This document shows positions 40,101 to 51,949 of a DNA stretch of 64,000 nt, in pieces (the first letter of the stretch is position 1; each line of letters opens with the position of its first letter). Both the position numbers and the translations under genes were made by a program. The notes below the pieces were generated by a model that saw only the letters and a program-made list of their open reading frames with translations, was not told the DNA's origin and did no database searches. The DNA lies in NCBI RefSeq assembly GCF_009834535.1, contig NC_045697.1, forward strand, positions 89,902,001-89,966,000, written 5' to 3'. This stretch comes from Camelus ferus (lineage: Eukaryota).

Positions 40101-42594
40101 CTAACTTTCACTTAGTATTATTCTTAAATTAATTTTAATTAAACTTATCATATTTGGTATACAGTTAGTAAGACCATATTTATCATCTTACCATTGAAGG
40201 CAGAGAATTAAATTCAACTGGGAAAAAATTAAAAGACCCAATTCCTGTCTGAGATGAGTTCAGAAACCTAACTCCATGCAATTGTAAAATCTGTACAGGT
40301 ACGTATCTCTTAGTGGTTATACCGATATAGTAATTTAGAACAACATATATAAACTATACAGTCTTACAAAATATTATAAACAAGTACTCTATATTATGAG
40401 TAAATATTTTGTGGGATGTGTTCAAATTGGGGGCCTGTGTTTTGACAGGGAGAACTGGGAAAAGGCATTCTTTGTCTTCCAAGTTCTCCCGCTGAATACA
40501 TGAGATTTACATTCACTGAGGTGAAGATACTAAAGTAAATTTAAAAATTCCTCACCTGATGATCATAGAGATTTCCTAGAGTGAGCGAATAGCTGAGAAC
40601 ATTTAGCCACTATATAAAATAAAAGCACAGGAAATTAATGTAAACATGTTTTTCTTTGAATTATCAGAAAACTGACACACCTTGAAACTTCATTTTGCTT
40701 ATGAAGGATTCAATGAAGAAACAAGCACTTTAATATTGAGCCCATCACGTTGGCTAGTAAAGCAAATTTAAAAAACTAAAGACCTTTGCTTGTGGAGTTC
40801 ATGCTTGAATATCTAGTACTGAAACTTTACTATTCTTGTGCCAAACCTTTCCTTTGGAATACTAAGTGTGTGGCGGTGCTGAGAGCTCTTCCTTGTAAAA
40901 TAATAAAATATGAAAGCCTTTAATTTATTGTTAAATTCAGTGTGCCAGCAAAATTTATCATAAACTCCTGAAAATACGAAATAGTGGTTTGCAGTTGCAC
41001 CTTCCCAGATGATAAAGCAGGTTTATGGCAAGAACCAGAAGTTGATCTCCCATCAGTCCCGATCAAGCTGAACCAGCCAGGGATGAGCAAAGGCTGCCTG
41101 GAGCTCAGCTTTTAAAACAATGTGACAATGTAATAATTCCTTCCATCACAATGTTTCCTATCAGAAAAAAAGAAACAGCTGATTCCCAAATAATAATTGA
41201 TCCCAGCATTCAGAGGCACAAGCCAGCCAAAACTCATCTGATCTTTTCAATGTAAAATCACTGCCTATCAAGAATTCAAGTCCAGTTGTCTAGGGTTTTA
41301 AAATCGTGCAAGACACACTGTAGCCATTGTGTTGTGGTCTCATACTCTGGTTGGCTGGCTGCAGATTTGGAAATCCTTGGTCATATTTATTTATTTCTGG
41401 TACCCCAGTAGGAGTTCAGTAATCTGGAGTTCTCCACATCTTGCCAGCCAATCAGTGCTCAGGGAGAATAATGCACGTGATGAAATCTGCGTGGAGAAAA
41501 TCCCAGCCCCACATCTCCCTCCCTAAAAGGCTGGGGAGGGTACATACTTCTCAACACTTTCCTTTTCCCCCTCAACTGAGAGTTTGGTAAAAATTGACAC
41601 TGATGAGGAATAAGGCAAACATTGTCCTCATGGGGCCTGTACACACAGGGAAAGTTACAGGACTTCCACCAACAGCCAATGATGGCAGTTTTAGTGCTCA
41701 GTAACAGAAAGGCTTGAAGGATAATAAAAATATGACAGAAAAAAAATACCATTAGTGTGAGCAGCAAAGAAAGAAAGAGCAATTATGTTGTTTTCCCCAG
41801 ATTAGAAAGAAAAAAAAATCTGCCATTTATTATTAAAACTTTTGGTGGTGTTTAACTGCACTGAAAGAAATTTGAAAGCTAAATATAGTTTAAAATACAG
41901 ACTGTGGGTCTAGGAGAAAATTATCTAAGAGTCCTATTGCCTTTTCAGCTTTATCTTCCTCCACTCCTGAATAACAAAACTATTACAGAATGTAAATCCC
42001 ACTTGAATCTTTTTTTAAAAAAATTAACTTAGCAGCTGAAAAACTACCTTCACTGTCTACACTGTACCAGAGTATATGTCACTTATGTACACATTAGCCA
42101 TCACAAATTGTTTTAAACTGGCAATAAACTCTGAATGCTAATATAAAGAATACTGACGTTCCTTCAAGCTGTACATCACACGCTATTCATGAACTAACAA
42201 CACATCTTTTCTATGTTGCAATCTTTATTTTAAATAAAACTTTTTAAAAGTTTGGCCTATGCTACAATATTCTTGAAAAGAAACTGGATGATTTTATTCA
42301 CGGGGCCTAGCATACTACAGTAAACTCAGAAAGAAAAAAATGTTTTAAAAACACATTTATAATAAAACACAGGAACTTACATAAGTAGGGTATTTGAACT
42401 ACATTAAAAGACAAATATGGAAACTCACTAGTCAAGAAATTATACTGCAAAGGAAAGCAGGACATTCTTGAAAACCTCAAGAAGATACAGATAAGAGCTT
42501 GATTACTTGGTCATTTGCTGTACACGCAACCAGTGTTCTTAGACAGCATCACCACCAAACTCTTCTTTGCACGTCACTGTAAATCTCATCAAAA

Positions 42595-43016
42595 GATAAG
42601 CCTTGATATAAAGATTTGACTATTGCCAGACTGAATGCCTGGGATGATTCCACTGGACGATTAGACCATGGCTAGTGCCAGCAGGTCCCACAGAAATTGA
42701 GGACCTGTACTCCCCTTTGTACATATGGAGGAGAAACTCCCTTGCTCTGAAAAATTTGGAAGCTCTCTAAACACACAGCATGGAATTCTAACTTTAAAAA
42801 TAATACAGTATTCATGCATTCACACTAACCAATCTACTCTAGAAATAAATTCAAATTGACAAATATTAATGGAGATTCACTCCCATACGTACAAAGGAGA
42901 GTACAGGTCCTCAGTTTCTGTGGGATCTGCTGGCACTAGCCATGGTCTAATGATCCAGTGGAATCATCGCAGGCATTCAGTTTGGCAACAGTCAAATCTT
43001 TACATCTAGGCTTATC
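42595..43016. repeat. Long inverted repeat: 146-bp arms (42595-42740, 42871-43016) and a 130-nt spacer
   Basis: Manual alignment of the left arm with the reverse complement of the right arm shows no gaps and 15 mismatches. Termini are GATAAGCC and GGCTTATC. Confidence 0.97.
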
Positions 43017-43854
43017 AGTGAAACAACTGTATCACAGGGAGAGAATTTTAAAAATACATGCTGAATTTCACACATTACACTTTTCTTAAAGCAGTACTAA
43101 AGACACAGTTTTAACTCGATGCATATCTCTAAGTCAACCAACCTTGAACATAAATACTTATTAAATAGATTCATATTTTGTACCATTTCCATTTGGGTTC
43201 ATACTACAATAACAATATTTGTTCTTAACATATTTCTGTCAGGGATCATGAAAATAATTCAACTGAGTTGATGAGGTAAAAATACTAGCTTTGAGTATGG
43301 AGGCTAGAGTTTCCGTGCTCCAGTTTTGCTGGGAAAAGGCAATGAAGAGGAAACATGAGCAATTTCTCAGAAGCTCAGATTCAGACTACTGTGACTTCAA
43401 GTAAATACTGCTGAGCTAAGTGACTCACTTCTAGACAGTTGAGAACCACTTCAAATTCCCTCTTCCTAATAGACCTCTCATCGTCTTGTTCATAGTGTTT
43501 ATGTATGAAAAGTCATTATAAAGTGTTCACAGCTTTCATTAGGAACTGAAAACAATTTTCAAGGTAATAAGGTAACAAACTGTACAAATAGGACAGATGA
43601 AGTCCATGGAATCTTTGAAATTTAGGGATCCTCCTTTGTTTCTTACAGCTTCCATTTTGCTTCCCTGCTTTTGCTCCAATTTTAATCTTGAACTAACATT
43701 ATTAGTCATAACAACGCCCAACACATCATTGATTATGGAATATTTTATAGAGGAAACTGTATCAATATAATTTATTTACTGTATCTAGAGCTCACTTTCT
43801 GAAAACAAAACCTCGAAAATGACACAACTATACTGCCCCCTTAATACACAATTT

Positions 43855-44015
43855 TCTCATTTTATCTCAGAACAAAATCTTTGGAATATGTATTATTACA
43901 TCCCATTGTACAGATGAGAAAAATAAAGATCTGAAAGTTTGTCACTTTTCGAAAACCACAGAGCCTGCAGTTTGACTGTCACCAAGCCTACATTCTTTAC
44001 CACTAGGCCATGCTG
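43855..44015 (-). mobile_element. MIR SINE
   Basis: TATTATTACATCCCATTGTACAGATGAGAAAAATAAAG core. Confidence 0.75.
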
Positions 44016-44118
44016 CCAAAAAAAGAAACGGTGTTTGTGTTTATATCAATGCAAAGACTGTGTAACTTAAGCCTTAAATCAGTGGAAGTTCCTCTCCCCA
44101 TCTGAGCACTCATGGTCC

Positions 44119-44333
44119 AGAGGTCAGCAAACTATATAGTCCAAAGGCCAAAGCCAGTCAGTCACTTACTTTTGTAAATAAAGAATTTTTTTGGAACACA
44201 GCTACACTCATTCTTTCACATTATGTATGGCCACCTTCACATTGCAACAGCAGATTTAGTTAGAACTGACACCCTCTGGCCCACAAAGCCTAAAATACTA
44301 TCTGGCTGTTTATAGAAAATACTTGCCAACCTT
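44119..44333 (+). mobile_element. MER58A-like hAT-Charlie MITE
   Basis: CAGAGGTCAGCAAACT ... TTTGTAAATAAAG ... GGAACACAGCTACACTCATT ... TGGCCCACAAAGCCTAAAATA ... TTGCCAACC. Confidence 0.85.
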
Positions 44334-46413
44334 TCAGTTACATGACTGACAAATATATGGAAGTGATGACGTAAAAGAGTTTTGATTGGTGGAGGGTCTT
44401 TTGCCAAATATCAACTTTACATAGGAAGCATGTCAAGAAGAATGGAACTTACGGAACAGATATGAAGCAAGGGAATTAAGAAGGACGAATAGCAAGGCTA
44501 AGGTAAACAGTGCATCCACAGAGCACTCGCAAGAGCACCTTTAACAGGCCAAGTTGCCTGTTGATCTTAAAACTACTGAATTAAATGGAGACTGTGATGT
44601 GATTTTGCTGAATAGCTCTGTGTACACAGATCTATGAAATCCTTCTGTGACTGAGGCCTTACAGTAGTTGTTACTCTGCAAAGTTGTTCATACTTTCCAC
44701 GTAAACTTGAACTGTAGAGGGTATCAGGAAAGGAAAGGTTCCCATTCCACTAGAGAGCTAGTTGTTTTCTAATTCTAAAGAACTGGTAAAGACCATAAAG
44801 TGGTCTTGTCTGAAAAAGTGTTCAGTAGGTTTAGAATTATGTCACTCTCCATTGTTAATGCAGTCATATGATTGTGCTCATTAGCTCCAATCACTGATCT
44901 GCATGGCAGTTAGCCCTGAGAAGTAACTCTAAGAGTGAAATCCCAAAGGAACATTGATTTGCCTTAATACAGTGTATGTCTCCAATGGAACTGAAACATT
45001 TCCAGTTTGAGAGAGGACTTAGATAATGAGTGTTCACGTGCACACACATACACATACGTACCATTACACATAACAAGAAGCTCTCAGAAATTTTAAGATT
45101 CTACATTATTGGCACATTTCCAGGGAATTTTAAAAAGCAGTAAAATTCCTAGTTGATGACACAGTTTCCCAAATCACTTCCCAGCTTTTCCCTGAGCCAC
45201 TAGTTCTTAAAACATGAAAGAGAGGGCACTTTTAATTTGAAAAATGGTCTGTAAAGTTCATATGGGAGGGAGAGAGAATTTGCCAAAGTGATTAAGTCCA
45301 TGTGTGAAGGACTAAGTGAAACCTTCAGGCATTCTGTCACACGTTATTTTCACTTTTTTTTTTTCACTTTACACAACTACGTGGGTGGCCACATGTCTAT
45401 TTGTTTTCCTTGTTTTTCAACAAGTGAAACTAGAGGTTGAGAAGGGGAGGTTAGAGGGGCATGTTTTTAAACTCACAGAAATCATTGTTTTATTATTTTC
45501 AGATTGAGCCGATGTGCAACTAAGCGAGTTCTCTCATTAGCTGAACCCAGAAACAGATGGTAATTGTGCTTATGAAATTATTTTTGTGCAGCCTTTGTAT
45601 CTGAGAGCATTTTTACCTTTCCCTTTGCTTACACAATGCTGCACCCTCCACTCACAGAGCTGGCATCCTAAGACAGAGTGAAAGTATTAATCTGTGTATA
45701 AGAATTTAATCGGGCACAAAGAGCCCTTATCATGTTGATGCTAAAACTAAATGTTCTAGAAGAACATTCTCATAACTTTCTTAATTTATATTATTGAAGA
45801 AAAATTCAATATTAAGTTGGATGCTATGATTAGTCTTACATATTAAGTGTGGTTAGCAATGAACAATTTGCAAAATAAAATTTTGAGAAGTCAGTCCCTC
45901 TTTAATATACCCTGTTAAGCTCCTATCATGAAAAAACCTCCTATCATGTAAAAGAAACTGGCCTAAGAACTCTGCAATTGGAACAAAATGTATGATAAGT
46001 TACTAATAAACTAATATTAAGTGTCAGTATGTTTCTCATTTTGAAGATCATTTTTCAACAGATTTTTACACGACTTTAATGATTCATTCTGGCAAGGAAT
46101 TCCAACCAAGGATTTCTACTATTTCACTCAGCTCAATTTCACTTTTACATCTATGTAAAAAGAATAAAGTGGAGTAGGGCAAGCGATCCAAAAATAAAAG
46201 CCTGACATCCCACAACATAAAAATGGTGGCATATGACTTATCTAAATGCAATTTTTTCTTCTGCATATATATGACTTTTTTTGACCCTAGTGAGTTGATC
46301 ATAACTTCTCTGTTCAAGGAACATATAATGATCATTCTTGTAAGAGCCCTCTTTTGTTCTCTTTTATGTTTTCTCCTTCATTTTTCATCACAATGTTCAA
46401 CCCCCTCATTTTC

Positions 46414-46486
46414 TGTGTGTATACATATATATATGCGTGTGTGTGTGCGTATATATATATACGCACACACACACGCATATATATAC
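46414..46486. repeat. Compound (TA)/(TG)/(CA) microsatellite containing a perfect 60-bp palindrome (46426-46485)
   Basis: Checked base by base around the centre 46455/46456. Confidence 0.95.
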
Positions 46487-48154
46487 CATATCTTTAAATG
46501 TGTTTTCTTGCATATTCATGTACCCTGGCAAAAACATATTTCCTGTGTGTGTGTGGTGTGTATTTTAATGTATACAGATGATACTTTGCTATAATTATAC
46601 TGATTTTTAAATTTTTATTAAAAATCAATTTTGAACATCAACTCAAGTTTCTGTAGATGTTTATACTCCAATTGATTTGATTGGCTGATAACATTTTGTT
46701 TATATGTCCACTGTATTTAATCTGGGTCTTCACTAACTCCTCAACCACCACAAAAATGCTGCATTGACATCCTTCAGGCTTTTGACTCTATGGACCTGTG
46801 CAAGAAATTCTCTGGAATATATGCTTAGGGTTTCCATATAAATGCATAATTTCATTAAGTTCTTTTAACTGCTGTCCATAATGACTGGATTGTTTTAGTC
46901 TCCTATGAGCGAATCATGAGGCTTCTTATTTCCACACCTCTATACATTCACTTGGAACTACCTGACATGTTCATACCTGTCAATCTGATGGATTTAAACT
47001 GACAAAAACAAAAAAACCCTTCTTTTCCCCTCCTCTGGTTATTGGTGAGATTGATAATCATTCATTTCTCACTAAATTCTCTTCTGTGAATTGTCCATTA
47101 CACTTCGTATATTTTTTTCCATAGGGGGCTCTTATCTTTTTTGTTGATTTGCAGTTCTCTGTGCTTTCTAGATATTTAACCTATACTCATTTGAAATACT
47201 CTCTAAACCCATCATCTGTGTCCTTGAACATACATTTAATGTGGGCACATCTATCAGTTTTCTTTTGATTTATGGCTAGAATAGTTTGTCTTCAGAAGTC
47301 TTTCCCCACTTCATAGTCACACACATTCTCCTGTCTGTGTATGTGTGTGTATTACTTTTCAAATTTAAAGTTTAGTCACTTGGTTTCCACTTTTGTATAT
47401 GCTCTGAGGAATAGAATTGACATTTTTATTACTTATTTTTATTTATTAGGCTATTTTTCCCAAAACTAACACACAATTCATCTTTGCTCATTGATTTGTG
47501 ATGCTATTTTGTCAGAGATCAATTTTTCCTATATATATGACTCAGCATGTCAGCTCTGTTATATTTTCCTTTAGTCTACTTACATCTGTCTATTTTTATA
47601 CCCACATTTTAATTTTTATTAAAGTAAAAATAATACAAAAGGTACATAAAACATGAGAGTACAGATAAATGAGTAAAACTGATAATGAAATACAATTTTA
47701 CTAGCACCTTTCCGAATCAAGTATCATTCCTCTTGCCCAGAGATGTCTCCTGAGTTTTAACATTATGATTATTTAGAAGTGTATTTCACTTAGAAGTTAA
47801 TTATCAGACATATGGTAAGTTTTAGTAATTGTTTGTTTGCTTCTTTATAGAGTAAGTCTACCATGGTAGAGAACACATTCTATATGATTTCACTCTTTAG
47901 ATATTTGTTAAAAAAAAAATTTGTTGATACATACTTTACTCCCCAGCCTAAGGTCAATTTTTATAAATGTTCCATGTATACTTTAAGATAATGCCTTTTG
48001 CTATTTGTATACTCTGGTTGCTCAATCTTTTATATGCTTAATGATTGTTCTGCTTCTTCTGTCAATTTTCAGAGGTGTATTAAAATTTCCCACTAAATGT
48101 GTAGCATTGTCTTTTCATTTCAAGTCCACCTCTTTTGTACATTGAAAATATGCT

Positions 48155-48190
48155 ACTATATATACATATATATATATATGTATATATAGT
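48155..48190. repeat. Perfect 36-bp AT-rich palindrome
   Basis: ACTATATATACATATATATATATATGTATATATAGT equals its own reverse complement. Confidence 0.95.
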
Positions 48191-49989
48191 TTGAATTTAT
48201 ACATCTTCCTGGTAAGCTGACTTTTTATCACCATAAAATCATTAATCATTATGAAATATTCATTGTCCTGCTCATTTTTAGCTTAGATCGACCATCTTAT
48301 CATTTGCTTTCTGTTTGTTCTTCTTGTCCTGTGTTTACTTTCCTCTCTTTCCATAGTTTATTTTTGATTGAATGTTCATTTTGGATTGAATTATTCTATT
48401 ATTAATGTCATATTTCTTTTATAGTTACTTTAGAAATTACAATATGCACCCATGCATGCATTCATTGCATTCATAGTTAAATATCCATGACTACTAAAAT
48501 CAGAACCTTATTTCCTGCAGGAAAATGCAAGGATCTTAGAATGCCTTTTCTTTATTACTGTCCTTCTTATACTGACTTACATACTAGTGTTGTCATATAC
48601 TTTAATTGTATAAATATTTTAAACCCACAAATCATTATTTATTTTAGTCAGAATTTATTTAAACGTATCCATATATTTGCCTTTATTGTGGTGTATCATT
48701 TCTTCTTAATATCTGAGGTTCCATCTAAGATTATTTGCCTTCTGATTGAAGGAACACATTCTATTCTTTTCTTTACTGCAGGTACAATAATGATGAATCC
48801 TCACATGTTTGTTTTCAAATGCCTTTAGAGAAAGATGAAAGAGCATCAGTCCCACTCTGAACATCTAGATCAACCATAAAATAATAATTTTCCTTGATCT
48901 CATAAAGGAAATGAGACAGAGAAGTCAGAAAGTACGAATTCCACAGAGGGCAAACCCCTTTGAGAAGAGACAGAAAACACAGACAGGCTTCCCTGCATCT
49001 GTGACCCATACAAATGGGTAAGGAAACCTAAGCTGAAATCTTAATTTACTTCTAGAGGCTAGGTGTAGGACAGCGTACAGAACCCCAAACACAAGGTGAC
49101 GTCACACCATGGATGTCTACCAGGTAAGCACATGAAGAAGGGAGGTAGGGGATTAGAGAAATCCTTACTTATGGTGGAAGCATGCAGGAGGGGCTTGATC
49201 ACTGCTGTGTGAGTCACAAAGTATCACTAACTCCTGCTTTAATTCACTGCTTATAGGGAGCAAATGTCCCAAACTGCTGGGGGAAGAGCAGGAATCTCTG
49301 TCACTTCCACTGCACAAGTAAACACTCATTTCTGGGGGGAAAGTAAAAGAAAAATGTCTTTATTTCTTGTTCATTTTAGAAGGCTATTTTCAATGACCAA
49401 GGTGACAGTTACATACTTCCTTTCATTTCTTTAAAAATACGATTCTGTGATTTTTCTGGTTTCTGTTATTTCTGTCAGTCTTATGAACTCCTTTGAAAAT
49501 AATCTCTCTTTTAAACTTTTATAAATTGTATTGTCTCCTGATTTCAACAGTTTTATTACAAGGTTGAGATGTCATTTTCTCCAATTATAATGTTTGAAAT
49601 ATGGATTCTTTATTATTTTCATAGCTCTTTTACACTTACATTTTTTCTAAATTCCTGTGTAATGTTTATAAGTAATCCTTAGATTTCATATTTTAGTTTC
49701 TTACTGTGAACAATATAGTGAAATGTATATATAGCTTCTAAATTAAATTTATATCCTGAAACAATGTTGATGCCTTTTATTAGTTAAAATAATTTTATAA
49801 TAAATCTATTGGGTTTTTTTGTGTAGATGAACATATTCAAACAATGCCCATTTCTGTGTTCTCTTCTAATTCTACATGCATATTATATATAAACATGAAG
49901 ATTAGTCTCACATGAAATTCACAATTACAAACATCATATCAACCCTTAATTATAGGCTTGTAGTCTTAGCATATCACCTAGTCTTTTCA

Positions 49990-50740
49990 ATCTGCCAAAA
50001 ATCTATTTCATGACTTCTCTCTTTTCAAACTATCAACACATCCCACAACTGACTCAGCTGTTGACTTTTCTCAGAAACATATAGAAGGGAACTTCAACAA
50101 GTTCTCATCAGTGTATCTGCTCATTTATAAGCACAATGGCCAAATACTCTGCTTTCTTCTTTGTTATTATGGTTAAATTGTCTCTACTCTTTTCTAAATA
50201 ATCCTCTCCAATTCATTTCCTCTTGTTTTCTTAGAAAGTCACTTCAGTCAGGTTTAAAGTCACTATTCCACAGAAACTACACTTGTCAAGATCATCAAAG
50301 ACTTTCATTGTGCTAAAACCCAATGGCTGTTATCCTGTTATCATTTTACTGGATCTGCCATCAGCATTTTCTATGATTGATCACCCCACCCCAATAACAA
50401 GATTTTCTTCACATGGCCACTACAACATTCTCTTTTCCCCATTTTTCTCCTATCATACTGCCTTTACCTGATTCTTCTTCATCCCTTGAGGAATTAATAG
50501 AATTAATAGAGCACCAGACTTCCTTGGTGCTCACATTTAAATCTTGTCTAAATGCTAATGACTTCTAAAGTCTGATCTCCAATATAAGCCTCCCATTAAA
50601 CATAAGACCCTTACATCCAACTGCTTTCTTAGCATCTCCTTAGATACATAATAGGCATATCAAATTTAACAATCTCTGAACTCAAACACCTATCTTTCTT
50701 CTCCATACACCAGCTTCTTCTGAAATTTTGAATCTCAATT
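49990..50740 (+). mobile_element. L2 fragment
   Basis: CAGAAACTACACTTGTCAAGATCATCAAAGACTTTCATTGTGCTAAAACCCAATGG and ATAGGCATATCAAATTTAAC. Confidence 0.8.
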
Positions 50741-50764
50741 CTACACTAATATTCTGTACAACAT

Positions 50765-51035
50765 TGACTGGATATTTGATACTACTAAGGACATACTGTT
50801 ATTTCAGATGTGATAATAGTACTATGGTATGATTTTTTTTTAAAGGATGAAGAATAGTTATCTCTTAGAGAAACTTACTGAATTATTCATATTTGAAATT
50901 ACATGATGGCTCAGATTTGCTTCAAAATAATCCAGGGGTAATAGGTGGGGGAACAAGATTGGCCTTATGCTGATAATGAATATCTTCTCCCTACTTTTGT
51001 AAATGTTTGTAATTTTGAATAATAAAAGAAAAAGA
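50765..51035 (+). mobile_element. Old L1MC/L1ME 3' end
   Basis: GACTGGATATTTGATACTACTAAGGA ... GATTTGCTTCAAAATAATCCAG ... AATAAAA. Confidence 0.7.
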
Positions 51036-51555
51036 AAAAAAGTCTCCACAGCCTAATGCCATTTAATGTAACCAACCTGATTTCGAACACTAACCTATTC
51101 TTTACCCCAGTCCATTGGCCTGCTCTCTGTCCTCTGAAGATGTATATTCATTTATCTTTCAATTGCACTATGTTAACTCAGTACCTACATGCAGCAACAA
51201 TCCTTCCTGACTATTTCAGCCCACTTGGTGTGCAATTCCACCCTCTTACAAGATGCATTTGTAACTATTTGACAGTTATTTAGCTAACATTTTGGAAGTT
51301 TATTTAACTCTATTTCTCAAACAAGTCTTTTTAAAAAATTTATTATATGCTTTATGCAATTTGATACACTATGTATTGAATCTCAAACAATATCCCACAA
51401 ATTATTATCTGCCTATTAATTGACCCAAAGAGCCTTTTATGGACACAGATAAAGAACTTTAGATGAGAATAAAATGTTTTTGCATAAATATTCAAATTAT
51501 ATACTAATTCTAAAATATTTTAGATATAGAGGGTTCATTTCTATAGGATATGAGT

Positions 51556-51710
51556 TTTTAACAGTTTTACTGAGATATTATTGACATATAAAATTGTATA
51601 TATTTAAGGTGCACAACTTGATGTCTTGATATGTGTATACATTATGAAATTATTACCACAATCCAGATAATTAATGTAGCTATTATCTCCACATAATTAC
51701 CATTTGAGTG

Positions 51711-51745
<35 letters not shown>

Positions 51746-51948
51746 TAGGAAGATTTAAGATCTATCCTCCTAGCAAATGTCAAGTATAACAATACAGTAT
51801 TGTTAACTATCATCAACATGTTAGACATCAGATCCCCAGAACTTACTTATCCCATATAACTAAACTTTTGTACCCTATGACCAACATCTTCCCTTTCTTC
51901 TACTGCTGGAATGAACATAAGAGTGCAGATATCCCTTTACAATCCTGT
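51556..51948 (-). mobile_element. L1MA9-like 3' end with (TG)n at 51708-51744
   Basis: TTTACTGAGATATTATTGACATATAAAATTGTATATATTTAAGGTGCACAAC ... TTTAAGATCTATCCTCCTAGCAAATGTCAAGTATAAC. Confidence 0.85.
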
Positions 51949-51949
51949 T

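Larger units (their letters stand above)
46300..49900. mobile_element. Mosaic of old L1M fragments (mostly antisense; sense 5'UTR-like piece at about 48880-49350)
   Basis: Degenerate antisense ORF2 (TCTTCTGTGAATTGTCCATT; GGTCAATTTTTATAAATGTTCCATGTATACTT). Confidence 0.7.

Noticed and set aside
42595..43016. Inverted repeat as a known miRNA precursor, a known GRIA/GABRA3 editing element, a CRISPR array or a terminator
   Set aside because: No mature miRNA or receptor exon was recognised. The stem and loop are much longer than a pre-miRNA, there are no spaced direct repeats, and the DNA is mammalian.
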